Part shown: piece after piece, positions 1-8,692 of the stretch | How positions within the stretch are numbered: the stretch's first letter is position 1 | Layout of the letters: each line of letters begins with the position of its first letter | From: Enterobacteriaceae endosymbiont of Donacia thalassina | GTDB taxonomy: Bacteria > Pseudomonadota > Gammaproteobacteria > Enterobacterales > Enterobacteriaceae | Reading direction: 5' to 3' | Assembly: GCF_012568245.1 (NCBI RefSeq) | Contig: NZ_CP046188.1 | Span: 423,962 to 455,961 of the forward strand | Length of the DNA: 32,000 nucleotides | The notes under the pieces: generated by a model | Told to the model about the DNA's origin: nothing | Databases searched by the model: none | The model's input: only the letters and a program-made list of their open reading frames with translations | Made by a program: the position numbers and the translations under genes

Positions 1-1422
1 TAAGGAAATATTATTAAAATTTTTAATATTTATATTATATTTAATACCTAAATCTTTTACCCAATAATGTAAATATTCTAAATCCTCTTTATTTAAAAAA
101 AATTTATTAGATATATAATTATCATCTAATAAAAAAAATATTTCTTTAGGAGTTAAATCTTTATAAGGTAATTTTAATAAAAATAAAAATTTATTTAAAA
201 TATCTAAATTTTTTATTTTTTCTATATTAGAATATATATTTATAGGTATATTAATATTTTTAAATATTGAGTTAATAAAAGGAACATATAATTTTAAATT
301 AGGAGATATAACAATAATATCATGTAAAAAATAATGTTTATTTTTTTTTAAAGTATATAATATATTATTATATAATAATTTTGTTTCTGTATACAAATCT
401 TCACAAATATTTATTTGAATAGATTTATCTAAATAGTGAATTTTTTTCTTAAATTTAAAATTATTTTCATTTAAAAATAAAATATCATTTTTTATATTAT
501 TTAATAAATTTAAACGATCATTTTCTACAAATGATTCAATATATCTAGATGATAGATTTATTAATTTATTTATATTATTTAAATAATAATTACCCCAAGA
601 AAATAATAATGAATTAAAATTAATATTTTTTTTATTTTTTAAATTTGTATTTTTTTTTAAATTCCCCCAGTAATATTTAGAAGGACTACAAATTAAAATA
701 TGTATTTCCATATATTTTTCTATTTTTTTTAATAAATTTAAATATATTAAGGGAATATTTTGTATATCTAATATAAATATTCTTTCTGGAAGAGTGTTAT
801 TTTTTAAGATTATATCTTTTTTATGTTTTTGATAAAAATTATATAATTCTCCATAATACCATAATTTTTTACCTAAAATATTTTTGTAATACTGTAATAA
901 TGTTCGCCATAACTTTGCTTGCCATATTTGATGTTCGTTATCTAATGACATATAGAATTTTTTTTTTTCCCACAAAAATAATAATTCTGGTTTATATTTT
1001 TGATAATTATCATATAAATTAGAAATTTGAGTAGATAATTGAAATAAATAATTAAAATTTTTAATTTTAGATCCAAAATTTTTTTTAAAATTTATAAATT
1101 CTTTAGTAGATATTAGTTTGGGAATTAGTAATAATATTAACCAAACAATATTTTCTTTAGATAAAATCTTATCTTTAGAAATACTAGGGATTATTTTTAT
1201 AAATATAGTCCAAATAAATTTATCAAGAGAAGTAAAACAAATATTACCATATATTTGAAAAATTTTTGAGAAATGAATTTCTATTAATTTCGAAAAATTT
1301 TTATATTGATCAAATAATACTATTTCTGGAGTTAAAGGATTTTTTAAAGGTTTTTTTTTAACTTGTATTTTTATGATATTTAATAAAATATTAATATTAT
1401 TTGAATAATAAGTTGTAAACAT
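1..1422 (-). CDS. recC: RecBCD exodeoxyribonuclease V gamma subunit RecC, N-terminal 474 codons; the gene continues past the left edge
   Basis: Not in the ORF track. ATG on the minus strand at 1422..1420. I split all 474 plus-strand triplets (positions 1-3, 4-6, and so on) and found no tta, cta or tca, so the frame is open to position 1. The translation begins MFTTYYSNNINILLNIIKIQVKKKPLKNPLTPEIVLFDQYKNFSKLIEIHFSKIFQIYGNICFTSLDKFIWTIF, colinear with the E. coli RecC N-terminus (MLRVYHSNRLDVLEALM...FEPEMILVQS...FPLPASFIWDMF). Later, RIFILDIQNIPLIYLNLLKKIEKYMEIHILICSPSKYYWGNL matches RVFICGISALPPVYLQALQALGKHIEIHLLFTNPCRYYWGDI. Confidence 0.9.
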   Translation of the reverse strand, partial: MFTTYYSNNINILLNIIKIQVKKKPLKNPLTPEIVLFDQYKNFSKLIEIHFSKIFQIYGNICFTSLDKFIWTIFIKIIPSISKDKILSKENIVWLILLLIPKLISTKEFINFKKNFGSKIKNFNYLFQLSTQISNLYDNYQKYKPELLFLWEKKKFYMSLDNEHQIWQAKLWRTLLQYYKNILGKKLWYYGELYNFYQKHKKDIILKNNTLPERIFILDIQNIPLIYLNLLKKIEKYMEIHILICSPSKYYWGNLKKNTNLKNKKNINFNSLLFSWGNYYLNNINKLINLSSRYIESFVENDRLNLLNNIKNDILFLNENNFKFKKKIHYLDKSIQINICEDLYTETKLLYNNILYTLKKNKHYFLHDIIVISPNLKLYVPFINSIFKNINIPINIYSNIEKIKNLDILNKFLFLLKLPYKDLTPKEIFFLLDDNYISNKFFLNKEDLEYLHYWVKDLGIKYNINIKNFNNISL

Positions 1423-1438
1423 ATTAAATTATATTTAA

Positions 1439-2287
1439 TTAAATTAAATTTTTTATAAACATAATTAATCCAATAAGTATAATACTTATTGATAATAACT
1501 GATTTATAGTTAAAATAATATGATTATAAAAAAACATAAATTGAATATCAGGTTCTCTAAAATATTCTATATAAAATCTTATTATACCATAAAAAAATAA
1601 AAATAAACTTGATTTGTATCCTATAAAAATATTTTTTTTAAAAATTATATTTAAAATTAAAAATAAAATTATACCTTCTAAAAGACATTCATAAATTTGA
1701 GTTGGGTGTCTAGGTAAATGACCATATTTTATAAATATATCTTGATATTTTAAATTTTTTTGAAGATAAATTATATCTTTTTCAGTTGAATTAGGAAATA
1801 TAACGGCCCATGGAACATTTGTAACTTTTCCCCATAATTCACTATTAATAAAATTACCTATTCTTCCCATCCCAATTCCAATTGGGATCATAGGTGCTAT
1901 AAAATCAGTAATTTTTAAAAATTTTTTTTTTTTTGTATAAGAAATAAAAAATATTACTATAATAGTACCTATTAAACCTCCAAAAAAAGACATCCCCCCT
2001 GTCCAAATTTTAATTAAAATAATTGGATTTTTAATAAATTCATGTACATTATATAATAATGTACACCCTATTTTTCCTCCTAGTAATAAACCTAAAAAAC
2101 AAAAATTTAATAAATCAAAAAGTTCTTTTTTTTTCCAAAAATTATTATTCTTATTTCTTATATAAGAAATTTTTTTTATAAAGATAAAACTAATTAAATA
2201 CATAATTCCATACCAATAAATACTAATTTTATTTATTTTTAAAAAAATTGGATTTATCTGGGGAAATATAAAATATTTTTTATACAT
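1439..2287 (-). CDS. lgt: Phosphatidylglycerol-prolipoprotein diacylglyceryl transferase
   Basis: 282 aa, colinear with E. coli Lgt (291 aa). Matching segments include HWYGLMY/YWYGIMY, GGMSFHGG/GGMSFFGG, GRLGNFINGELWG/GRIGNFINSELWG and LPRHPSQLYE/LPRHPTQIYE. Confidence 0.95.
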   Translation of the reverse strand: MYKKYFIFPQINPIFLKINKISIYWYGIMYLISFIFIKKISYIRNKNNNFWKKKELFDLLNFCFLGLLLGGKIGCTLLYNVHEFIKNPIILIKIWTGGMSFFGGLIGTIIVIFFISYTKKKKFLKITDFIAPMIPIGIGMGRIGNFINSELWGKVTNVPWAVIFPNSTEKDIIYLQKNLKYQDIFIKYGHLPRHPTQIYECLLEGIILFLILNIIFKKNIFIGYKSSLFLFFYGIIRFYIEYFREPDIQFMFFYNHIILTINQLLSISIILIGLIMFIKNLI

Positions 2288-2357
2288 TTTAACATAGATA
2301 AATTTGTAATATTAATATAATATATAATATATTTATTTATAAATAAAATTTATATAT

Positions 2358-3035
2358 ATGAAAAAAATTTTTTCTAACTTAGTTCCTAATGAAAATATTC
2401 TTTTTTTAAGAGCAAAATTAATCACAGGATATTATATAATAGATATTATCAGATGGTTAAATTATAAAATATCTGATAATTTTAAAAAAGATAAAGGAAT
2501 AATAGGAAAATTAATTGAATTTTATTTGATAGGTAAAAAAAATAATAATTTTTTAAATCAAGATATACCATACCTTGGTATAGAAATTAAAACAATAACT
2601 ATTAATATAAAAAACAAAATAATAAATGATATTTTTATTTGTTCTTTTCCTTTAGTAAATAAAAATGTTGTACTTTTTTATAAAAGTAATTTATATAATA
2701 AATTATCTAAAATTTTATGGATACCTATTATCATTAAAAATATCAATACTCCTATTCTAATGAGAAAAATAGGAAAACCATTTTTTTGGACACCATCTAT
2801 AGATGAAAAAATAAAATTAAATTATGATTGGAATAATTTAATGAAATTATTAATTTTAGGAGAAATAACAAATATAAATTCTTATAATGGTTTTATTTTA
2901 TTAGTAAAAAATAAAGGGATAAAAAGACAATTAACTAAAACTATAAATAGTATGGGTGAAATTATATCTATTATTCCTAAATCTTTTTATTTAAAAAAAA
3001 AATTTTTAAATTCTTTAATAAAGAGAAACTTATAA
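2358..3035 (+). CDS. mutH: Methyl-directed mismatch repair endonuclease MutH
   Basis: 225 aa versus 229 aa in E. coli. The catalytic D-(X)n-E-X-K block is conserved (NQDIPYLGIEIKT versus EQDFAALGVELKT). Also conserved are KRDKGWIG/KKDKGIIG, LWIPV/LWIPI and GFYLKKNF/SFYLKKKF. Confidence 0.9.
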   Translation: MKKIFSNLVPNENILFLRAKLITGYYIIDIIRWLNYKISDNFKKDKGIIGKLIEFYLIGKKNNNFLNQDIPYLGIEIKTITINIKNKIINDIFICSFPLVNKNVVLFYKSNLYNKLSKILWIPIIIKNINTPILMRKIGKPFFWTPSIDEKIKLNYDWNNLMKLLILGEITNINSYNGFILLVKNKGIKRQLTKTINSMGEIISIIPKSFYLKKKFLNSLIKRNL

Positions 3036-3078
3036 TTTTTATAAAAATAATTAATATAATTATAAAATAAAAATATTA

Positions 3079-4350
3079 TTAAAATAATTCTAAATTTATT
3101 AATTCTTGTATTTTTTGACGACGTCTAATAATTTTTGGAATATTATTTTCAAGTAAAATTTCGGGAATCAAAGGTCTACTATTATAATTAGAAGACATTG
3201 AGGCACCATAGGCTCCAGTATCATGAAATATTAAATAATCGCCTCTAACGACTAGAGGTAATTTAAAATAAGAAATTTCACCATTATCTAGTTGTGTAAA
3301 TATATCTCCTGATTCACATAAAGGACCAGCAATAACAGTATTTATTTTTGGATAATTAGACATATCTTTACCTAAATAAGAAATAGCAGATATATAATGA
3401 TAACTACCATACATTACTGGTCTAATAAAATCATTAAAACCGGCATCTACTATAACAAATCTTTTATTTTTTATATTTTTTATAGCACATACTTGACAAA
3501 TTAAAACTCCTGATTCTGCTACTAAAAATCTTCCTGGTTCAATTTCTAATTTTATATTTTTTTTAAAAATATTAGTAATAATATTTCTGGTATTATTCCA
3601 TAATTTAAAATAATGATTAGTATTAACTTCAATATCATTTTTTTTATATGGTATAGATAATCCTCCACCAGCTGATATCATATTAATTTTTGGCATGTAA
3701 GGTTGTAATACATACTCTAACATTGAATCACATACTTTTTGTAAATGTTTATAATTAACTCCTGAACCTATATGCATATGTATTCCAATTAAATTTAAAT
3801 TATATTTTTTTATAAAATAAATTGATTTTTTTAAATCTGCATACCAAATACCATGTTTACTATTTTCACCTCCAGTATTTGTCCTTTTATTATGCCCATT
3901 ACCAAAACCAGGATTAATTCTTAACCATATATTATGACCTTTTGAAATATTACCTAATTGATGTAACATATCTATTGAACCAATATTTACAGTAATATTT
4001 AGTTCAATGATACGTTTTAATGTTTGTTTATCAAAAATATCAGATGTAAATACAATATCATCTATATTTTTTGGATTATATCCAGCAATTAATGCTCTTT
4101 CTATTTCACCTAATGAAATAGCATCTACTTTAACTCCCTCATATTTCATGAGTTTTAAAATATTTATATTAGAACAAGATTTTTGTGCAAATCTTATTAT
4201 ATCAAAATTTTTTAATTGTAAAATTTTTTTTTTTATGTTTTCTGCACAATATAACCAAAAAGGTGTTTTATATTTCTTTATTAGAAATAAAATAGTTTCA
4301 ATTGCAATATTATTTTTATTATAATTTTTATCAAAAATATGTATTTTCAT
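3079..4350 (-). CDS. lysA: Diaminopimelate decarboxylase
   Basis: 423 aa versus 420 aa in E. coli. Long identical runs include RFAQKSCSN, SLGEIERALIAGYNP, TNTGGENSKHGIWY, GIHMHIGSG, EPGRFLVA, AGPLCESGD and HDTGAYGASMSSNYNSRPL. Confidence 0.96.
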   Translation of the reverse strand: MKIHIFDKNYNKNNIAIETILFLIKKYKTPFWLYCAENIKKKILQLKNFDIIRFAQKSCSNINILKLMKYEGVKVDAISLGEIERALIAGYNPKNIDDIVFTSDIFDKQTLKRIIELNITVNIGSIDMLHQLGNISKGHNIWLRINPGFGNGHNKRTNTGGENSKHGIWYADLKKSIYFIKKYNLNLIGIHMHIGSGVNYKHLQKVCDSMLEYVLQPYMPKINMISAGGGLSIPYKKNDIEVNTNHYFKLWNNTRNIITNIFKKNIKLEIEPGRFLVAESGVLICQVCAIKNIKNKRFVIVDAGFNDFIRPVMYGSYHYISAISYLGKDMSNYPKINTVIAGPLCESGDIFTQLDNGEISYFKLPLVVRGDYLIFHDTGAYGASMSSNYNSRPLIPEILLENNIPKIIRRRQKIQELINLELF

Positions 4351-4695
4351 TTTTATACCTTATAAATTATAATATTCTATAAAAAATATTTATAATAAAT
4401 ATTTATATAATTAATTATATAACTATTCATATTTATATAAATAAAAAAATATTAATATTAATTTATAATGATACAGATATTTTAAAATTTGTTAATATAA
4501 ATATAGACTTTAATAAATTTAGTAGCCAAGATACTTTATCTATGTTATTTATAAAATAAAATATTTAAAATAAATAATAATTATTTATATAATTTACTAA
4601 AAGAATTTATTATAATTTAATTTATTATTAATAAAATAATATTTTAAACTTAAATTATATAAATTTTTTAATATATTGAAATTCAGGGAAAAATA

Positions 4696-4950
4696 ATGTT
4701 ACAAAAAGAAATTATTATTCATAATAATCATGGTTTTCACACTCGTCCAGCAGCAATCTTTGTAAAAGAAGCTAAAAATTTTATATCAGATATTACAATT
4801 ACATCTAAAGGGAAAACAGTAAATGCTAAAAGTTTATTTAAAATACAAACTTTAGGATTAACTAAAGGAACTTTAATTATTTTAAAAACTTCAGGAATAG
4901 ATGAAAAAAATGCTATAGAACATTTGACTAAAATTATTCAAAAATTATAA
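4696..4950 (+). CDS. ptsH: PTS phosphocarrier protein HPr
   Basis: 84 aa. The active-site His15 context GFHTRPAA matches GLHTRPAA in E. coli, and KSLFKIQTLGLTKGT matches KSLFKLQTLGLTQGT. A GGGAA Shine-Dalgarno-like element lies 6 nt upstream of the ATG. Confidence 0.95.
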   Translation: MLQKEIIIHNNHGFHTRPAAIFVKEAKNFISDITITSKGKTVNAKSLFKIQTLGLTKGTLIILKTSGIDEKNAIEHLTKIIQKL

Positions 4951-5089
4951 AAAATTTTTTAGTTTTATAAAATATAATTTTTAAAATTATTTCTCTAATT
5001 AAATTAATTAGTAATATATAAAATTATTTAAATTTTATTTTATTAATATTTAATATAAAATTATTATATAATTAATAGAGGTAAAAAAT

Positions 5090-6823
5090 ATGATTTCAGG
5101 AATTTTAGCTTCTCCTGGTATTTCTTTTGGTAAAGCTTTTTTATTAAAAAAAGATAATATTATTATTAATCGTAATAAAATTACTGATAATCAAATTAAT
5201 ATAGAAATTAATAAATTTTTAAATAGCCAGAAAAAATCTATAAAACAAATAGAAAAAATAAAAGAAAAATTATTACAGGATTTAAATTCTGAAAAAGAAT
5301 TAATTCTTGATGGACATATTCTTTTTTTAGAAGATGAAGAAATGACAAAAGAAATTATTTTTTTAATAAAAAATAATTTATTATCAGCAGATGCTGCTGT
5401 AGATTCAGTAATAAAATCTCAAATTAAAATATTAGAAAATTTAAATGATAAGTATTTAAAAGAAAGAATTATTGATATAAAAGATATTGGAGATCGTTTA
5501 GTAAAAAACATTTTAAATTTAAATATTCTTAATTTAAATGAAATAAGTGAAAAAGTAATTTTAATTGCAAAAGATCTTACACCATCAGAAACAGCTCAGT
5601 TAAATTTAAAAAAAATTTTAGGTTTTATTACTGATTTAGGAAGTAAAACTTCTCATACAGCTATAATGGCACGTTCATTAGAAATACCAGCTATTGTTGG
5701 TACCGGTAATATAACTACTAAAGTTAAAACAAATGATTATATTATTTTAGATAGTATTAATAATTCTATTTATATAAATCCTTCTATTAATAAAATTAAA
5801 GAAAAAAAAATATTATATAATAAATATATAATAGAAAAAGAAAAATTTAAAAAAAATAGTAATTTACCAGCTAAAACTAAAGATAATTATCAAGTTAAAA
5901 TATGTGCTAATATAGGATCATTAAAAGAATTAAATAATGTTATTAAAAATGGTGCTGACGGTATTGGATTATATAGAACAGAATTTTTATTTATGAATCG
6001 TAATTCTTTACCTACAGAAGAAGAACAATTTTATATTTATAAATCTATAGCTAAAAGTATGAGTAATAAATCAGTTATTATTAGAACTATGGATATAGGA
6101 GGTGATAAAAAAATTCCATATATGAATTTACCTAAAGAAGAAAATCCATTTTTAGGCTATAGAGCGATTAGAATAAGTATAGATCGTAAAGATATTTTAC
6201 ATACACAATTAAGAGCTATTCTAAGAGCTTCTATTTTTGGGAAATTATATATAATGTTTCCTATGATTATTTCAGTAGAAGAAGTTTTATTCTTAAAAGA
6301 AGAATTAAATTTTTTGAAAAAACAATTACAAAAACAAAAATATAATTTTAATAAAAATATTCCTATAGGAATAATGATAGAAACACCTGCCTCAGCTATA
6401 ATAGCTCATTATTTAATAAAAGAAATAGATTTTTTTAGTATAGGAACTAATGATTTAACTCAATATACATTAGCTGTGGATCGAGGAAATGATTTAATTT
6501 CGCATTTATATAATCCTATTCATCCTGCTATATTATTTTTAATTAAGAAAGTAATAGATGCTTCACATGCAGAAGGAAAATGGACAGGAATGTGTGGAGA
6601 ATTAGCAAGTGATGAATGTTTTATACCTGTATTATTAGGAATGGGGTTAGATGAACTTAGTATGAGTGCTATTTCTATCCCAAAAATCAAAAATATTATT
6701 CGTAATATAGAAATAAGAAAAGTAAAAGAATTAGTTAATGATGTTTTATTACAACCTACAATTAAAAATATTAAGAATTTATTATTAAAATTTAATAAAA
6801 AAAATAATTTTTCTAAAGGGTAA
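5090..6823 (+). CDS. ptsI: PTS enzyme I (PEP-protein phosphotransferase)
   Basis: 577 aa versus 575 aa in E. coli. Phosphohistidine loop [24 protein letters not shown]-binding region GLYRTEFLF and [17 protein letters not shown], and catalytic Cys context GMCGELA. AGAGGT lies 9 nt upstream. Confidence 0.96.
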   Translation: MISGILASPGISFGKAFLLKKDNIIINRNKITDNQINIEINKFLNSQKKSIKQIEKIKEKLLQDLNSEKELILDGHILFLEDEEMTKEIIFLIKNNLLSADAAVDSVIKSQIKILENLNDKYLKERIIDIKDIGDRLVKNILNLNILNLNEISEKVILIAKDLTPSETAQLNLKKILGFITDLGSKTSHTAIMARSLEIPAIVGTGNITTKVKTNDYIILDSINNSIYINPSINKIKEKKILYNKYIIEKEKFKKNSNLPAKTKDNYQVKICANIGSLKELNNVIKNGADGIGLYRTEFLFMNRNSLPTEEEQFYIYKSIAKSMSNKSVIIRTMDIGGDKKIPYMNLPKEENPFLGYRAIRISIDRKDILHTQLRAILRASIFGKLYIMFPMIISVEEVLFLKEELNFLKKQLQKQKYNFNKNIPIGIMIETPASAIIAHYLIKEIDFFSIGTNDLTQYTLAVDRGNDLISHLYNPIHPAILFLIKKVIDASHAEGKWTGMCGELASDECFIPVLLGMGLDELSMSAISIPKIKNIIRNIEIRKVKELVNDVLLQPTIKNIKNLLLKFNKKNNFSKG

Positions 6824-6827
6824 TCAA

Positions 6828-7334
6828 ATGAATATTTTTTCTAATTTTTTTAAAAAAAAACAAAAAAAAATTGAAATTACTAAAATATTTGCTCCTATTT
6901 CAGGAAATATAATAGATATAGAAAAAGTTCCTGATGTTGTATTTTCAGATAAAATTGTAGGAGATGGTGTTGCTATTAATCCTACTGGTAATATTATAGT
7001 TGCTCCTATTGATGGAATTATTGGTAATATTTTTGAAACTAATCATGCTTTTTCAATAAAAACATTAAATGGGATAGAATTATTTGTGCATTTTGGTATT
7101 GATACAGTAAATTTAAAAGGTCTAGGATTTATAAGAAAATTTGATTTAAAAAAAAATAATGTAGTTAAAAAAGGTGAAATCATTATTGAATTAGATTTGA
7201 ATTTTTTAAAAAAAAAAGCTAAATCTATATATACTCCAGTAATAATTTCTAATGTTGAAAAAATTAATAAAATAATAAAATATTCTGGAAATGTTATTGC
7301 TGGTATTGATCCTATTTTAAATGTTTATAAATAA
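6828..7334 (+). CDS. crr: PTS glucose-specific enzyme IIA component
   Basis: 168 aa versus 169 aa in E. coli. FETNHAFSI and [10 protein letters not shown] carry both active-site histidines. It starts 4 nt after the ptsI stop, with AAGGG upstream. Confidence 0.95.
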   Translation: MNIFSNFFKKKQKKIEITKIFAPISGNIIDIEKVPDVVFSDKIVGDGVAINPTGNIIVAPIDGIIGNIFETNHAFSIKTLNGIELFVHFGIDTVNLKGLGFIRKFDLKKNNVVKKGEIIIELDLNFLKKKAKSIYTPVIISNVEKINKIIKYSGNVIAGIDPILNVYK

Positions 7335-7433
7335 AAAATTTTTAAAAAAGCATTTTTTAATAATAAAAAATAATTATTAAAAAATGTCATTTAAATATTT
7401 ACAAACAAATATAAAATATTTAAAATAATTTTT

Positions 7434-7904
7434 TTATAAATGAATAAGACTATGTGTAATTGCAATTGCTAATGCATCAGCTTCATCTTTTTTTGGATAA
7501 TAAGGTAATTTTAATAACATAAAAACTGCGTCTTGTATTTGTTTTTTATTTGCATGTCCGAAACCGGTAATAGTCATTTTAACTTTACTTGCTGAATATT
7601 CAAATACATTAAGATTATGATTCACAGCTGAAATTATTGCCGCACTTCTTGCATGTCCTAATTTTAATGCAGAATCTGCATTTTTAGACATAAAAATTTG
7701 TTCTATAGCAAAATTATCAGGTTTAAATTTTTTTATTATTTTACTTATATCTTTATAAATCATTTTTAATCTTGTAGGAAAATTATTAATTTTAAAAGTT
7801 AAAATACAACCACTATTAATATAAATTATTTTATTTTTAAATTTTTTAATTAAACCATATCCTGTAATTCTAGATCCTGGATCAATACCTAAAATTATTT
7901 TCAT
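7434..7904 (-). CDS. ruvC: Holliday junction resolvase RuvC
   Basis: 156 aa. The acidic catalytic residues are in context: GIDPGS, FAIEQIF and [12 protein letters not shown]. It is colinear with E. coli RuvC but lacks about 17 C-terminal residues. Confidence 0.93.
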   Translation of the reverse strand: MKIILGIDPGSRITGYGLIKKFKNKIIYINSGCILTFKINNFPTRLKMIYKDISKIIKKFKPDNFAIEQIFMSKNADSALKLGHARSAAIISAVNHNLNVFEYSASKVKMTITGFGHANKKQIQDAVFMLLKLPYYPKKDEADALAIAITHSLIHL

Positions 7905-7943
7905 AATATTTTATTTTTTTTATTATAAGAAAATATTTGTTTA

Positions 7944-8654
7944 CTAAATTTCAGCATCATGATAAACATTTTTTATATCTTCACATTTTTTACATAAAGA
8001 TAAAAAATCAATTAATTTATTTTTTGTTAAAACATTTATTTTTTTTTTTATAAATGGTTTAATAATTAATTTAATTTTTATGGGTTTTATTTTAAAATTT
8101 TTTATTTCTTTAGTAAGAATTTTATATCTTTTTTTTGAAAAAATTATTTGAATAATTTTTTTATTCAAAAGAATATCTTCTGCTTTTAATTTTTCTGCTA
8201 TATCAATAATATCATTTAAGTTATTTTTATATAAATATGAAATAAAAATTTTTTTTTTAAATATATAACTAACTGCACCTTGTGGTTTTAAATTACCTCC
8301 AATCTTATTTAAAATATTACGTATAAAAGAAACAGTTCTATTATTATTATCTGTTAAACATGAAATCATTATTGCAATATTATCAGGACCATAACCTTCA
8401 TAATAAATTTCTTTTAGTTTTTTATTATCTTTTTTTTTTTCCAAAATATTATTAATTACTGATCTACTCATATTAACTGATAATGCTTTTTCGATAATTA
8501 AACGTAATTTAGAATTATATTTTGGATTTATATTTTTACTAATTTTGATTACTGAATGTAATTCTTTAATAATTTTAGAAAAAATTTTATCTTTTTTATT
8601 ATCTTGAGATGCTTTACGATAACGCATATTAGACCATTTACTATGTCCAGACAT
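7944..8654 (-). CDS. yebC: YebC/PmpR (TACO1) family DNA-binding regulatory protein
   Basis: 236 aa. The family N-terminus MSGHSKWSNMRYRKASQD and the EGYGP core are present. It sits in the conserved aspS-yebC-ruvC position. Confidence 0.9.
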   Translation of the reverse strand: MSGHSKWSNMRYRKASQDNKKDKIFSKIIKELHSVIKISKNINPKYNSKLRLIIEKALSVNMSRSVINNILEKKKDNKKLKEIYYEGYGPDNIAIMISCLTDNNNRTVSFIRNILNKIGGNLKPQGAVSYIFKKKIFISYLYKNNLNDIIDIAEKLKAEDILLNKKIIQIIFSKKRYKILTKEIKNFKIKPIKIKLIIKPFIKKKINVLTKNKLIDFLSLCKKCEDIKNVYHDAEI

Positions 8655-8692
8655 AAAATAATATTCCTTTTATTATTATTTTTAAATCAATA

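Noticed and set aside
4007-4324. A 105-aa plus-strand ORF in the track.
   Set aside because: It lies entirely antisense to the strongly conserved lysA. The translation is low-complexity (I/F/L/S-rich) with no recognisable motif. Such antisense frames stay open in the less A+T-rich conserved parts of genes.
4995-5011. A 17-nt palindrome, ctaattaa-a-ttaattag, between ptsH and ptsI.
   Set aside because: It is A/T-dominated with only the terminal C:G pair. Its one-base centre would have to open into a loop, leaving a weak stem of about 6 bp. There is no supporting evidence for attenuation.
5510-5539. A tandem 15-nt, 5-aa repeat ([10 protein letters not shown]) inside ptsI.
   Set aside because: The segment is the same length as the corresponding E. 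coli EI region (NILGLKIIDLSAIQDEV). It is convergent low-complexity drift, not an insertion or duplication.
7342-7360. An 8-bp stem with a 3-nt loop (ttaaaaaa-gca-ttttttaa) 7 nt after the crr stop. It could be a bidirectional terminator between crr and ruvC.
   Set aside because: The stem is entirely A:T with a minimal loop, so its predicted stability is marginal. Such structures are common by chance in this composition.
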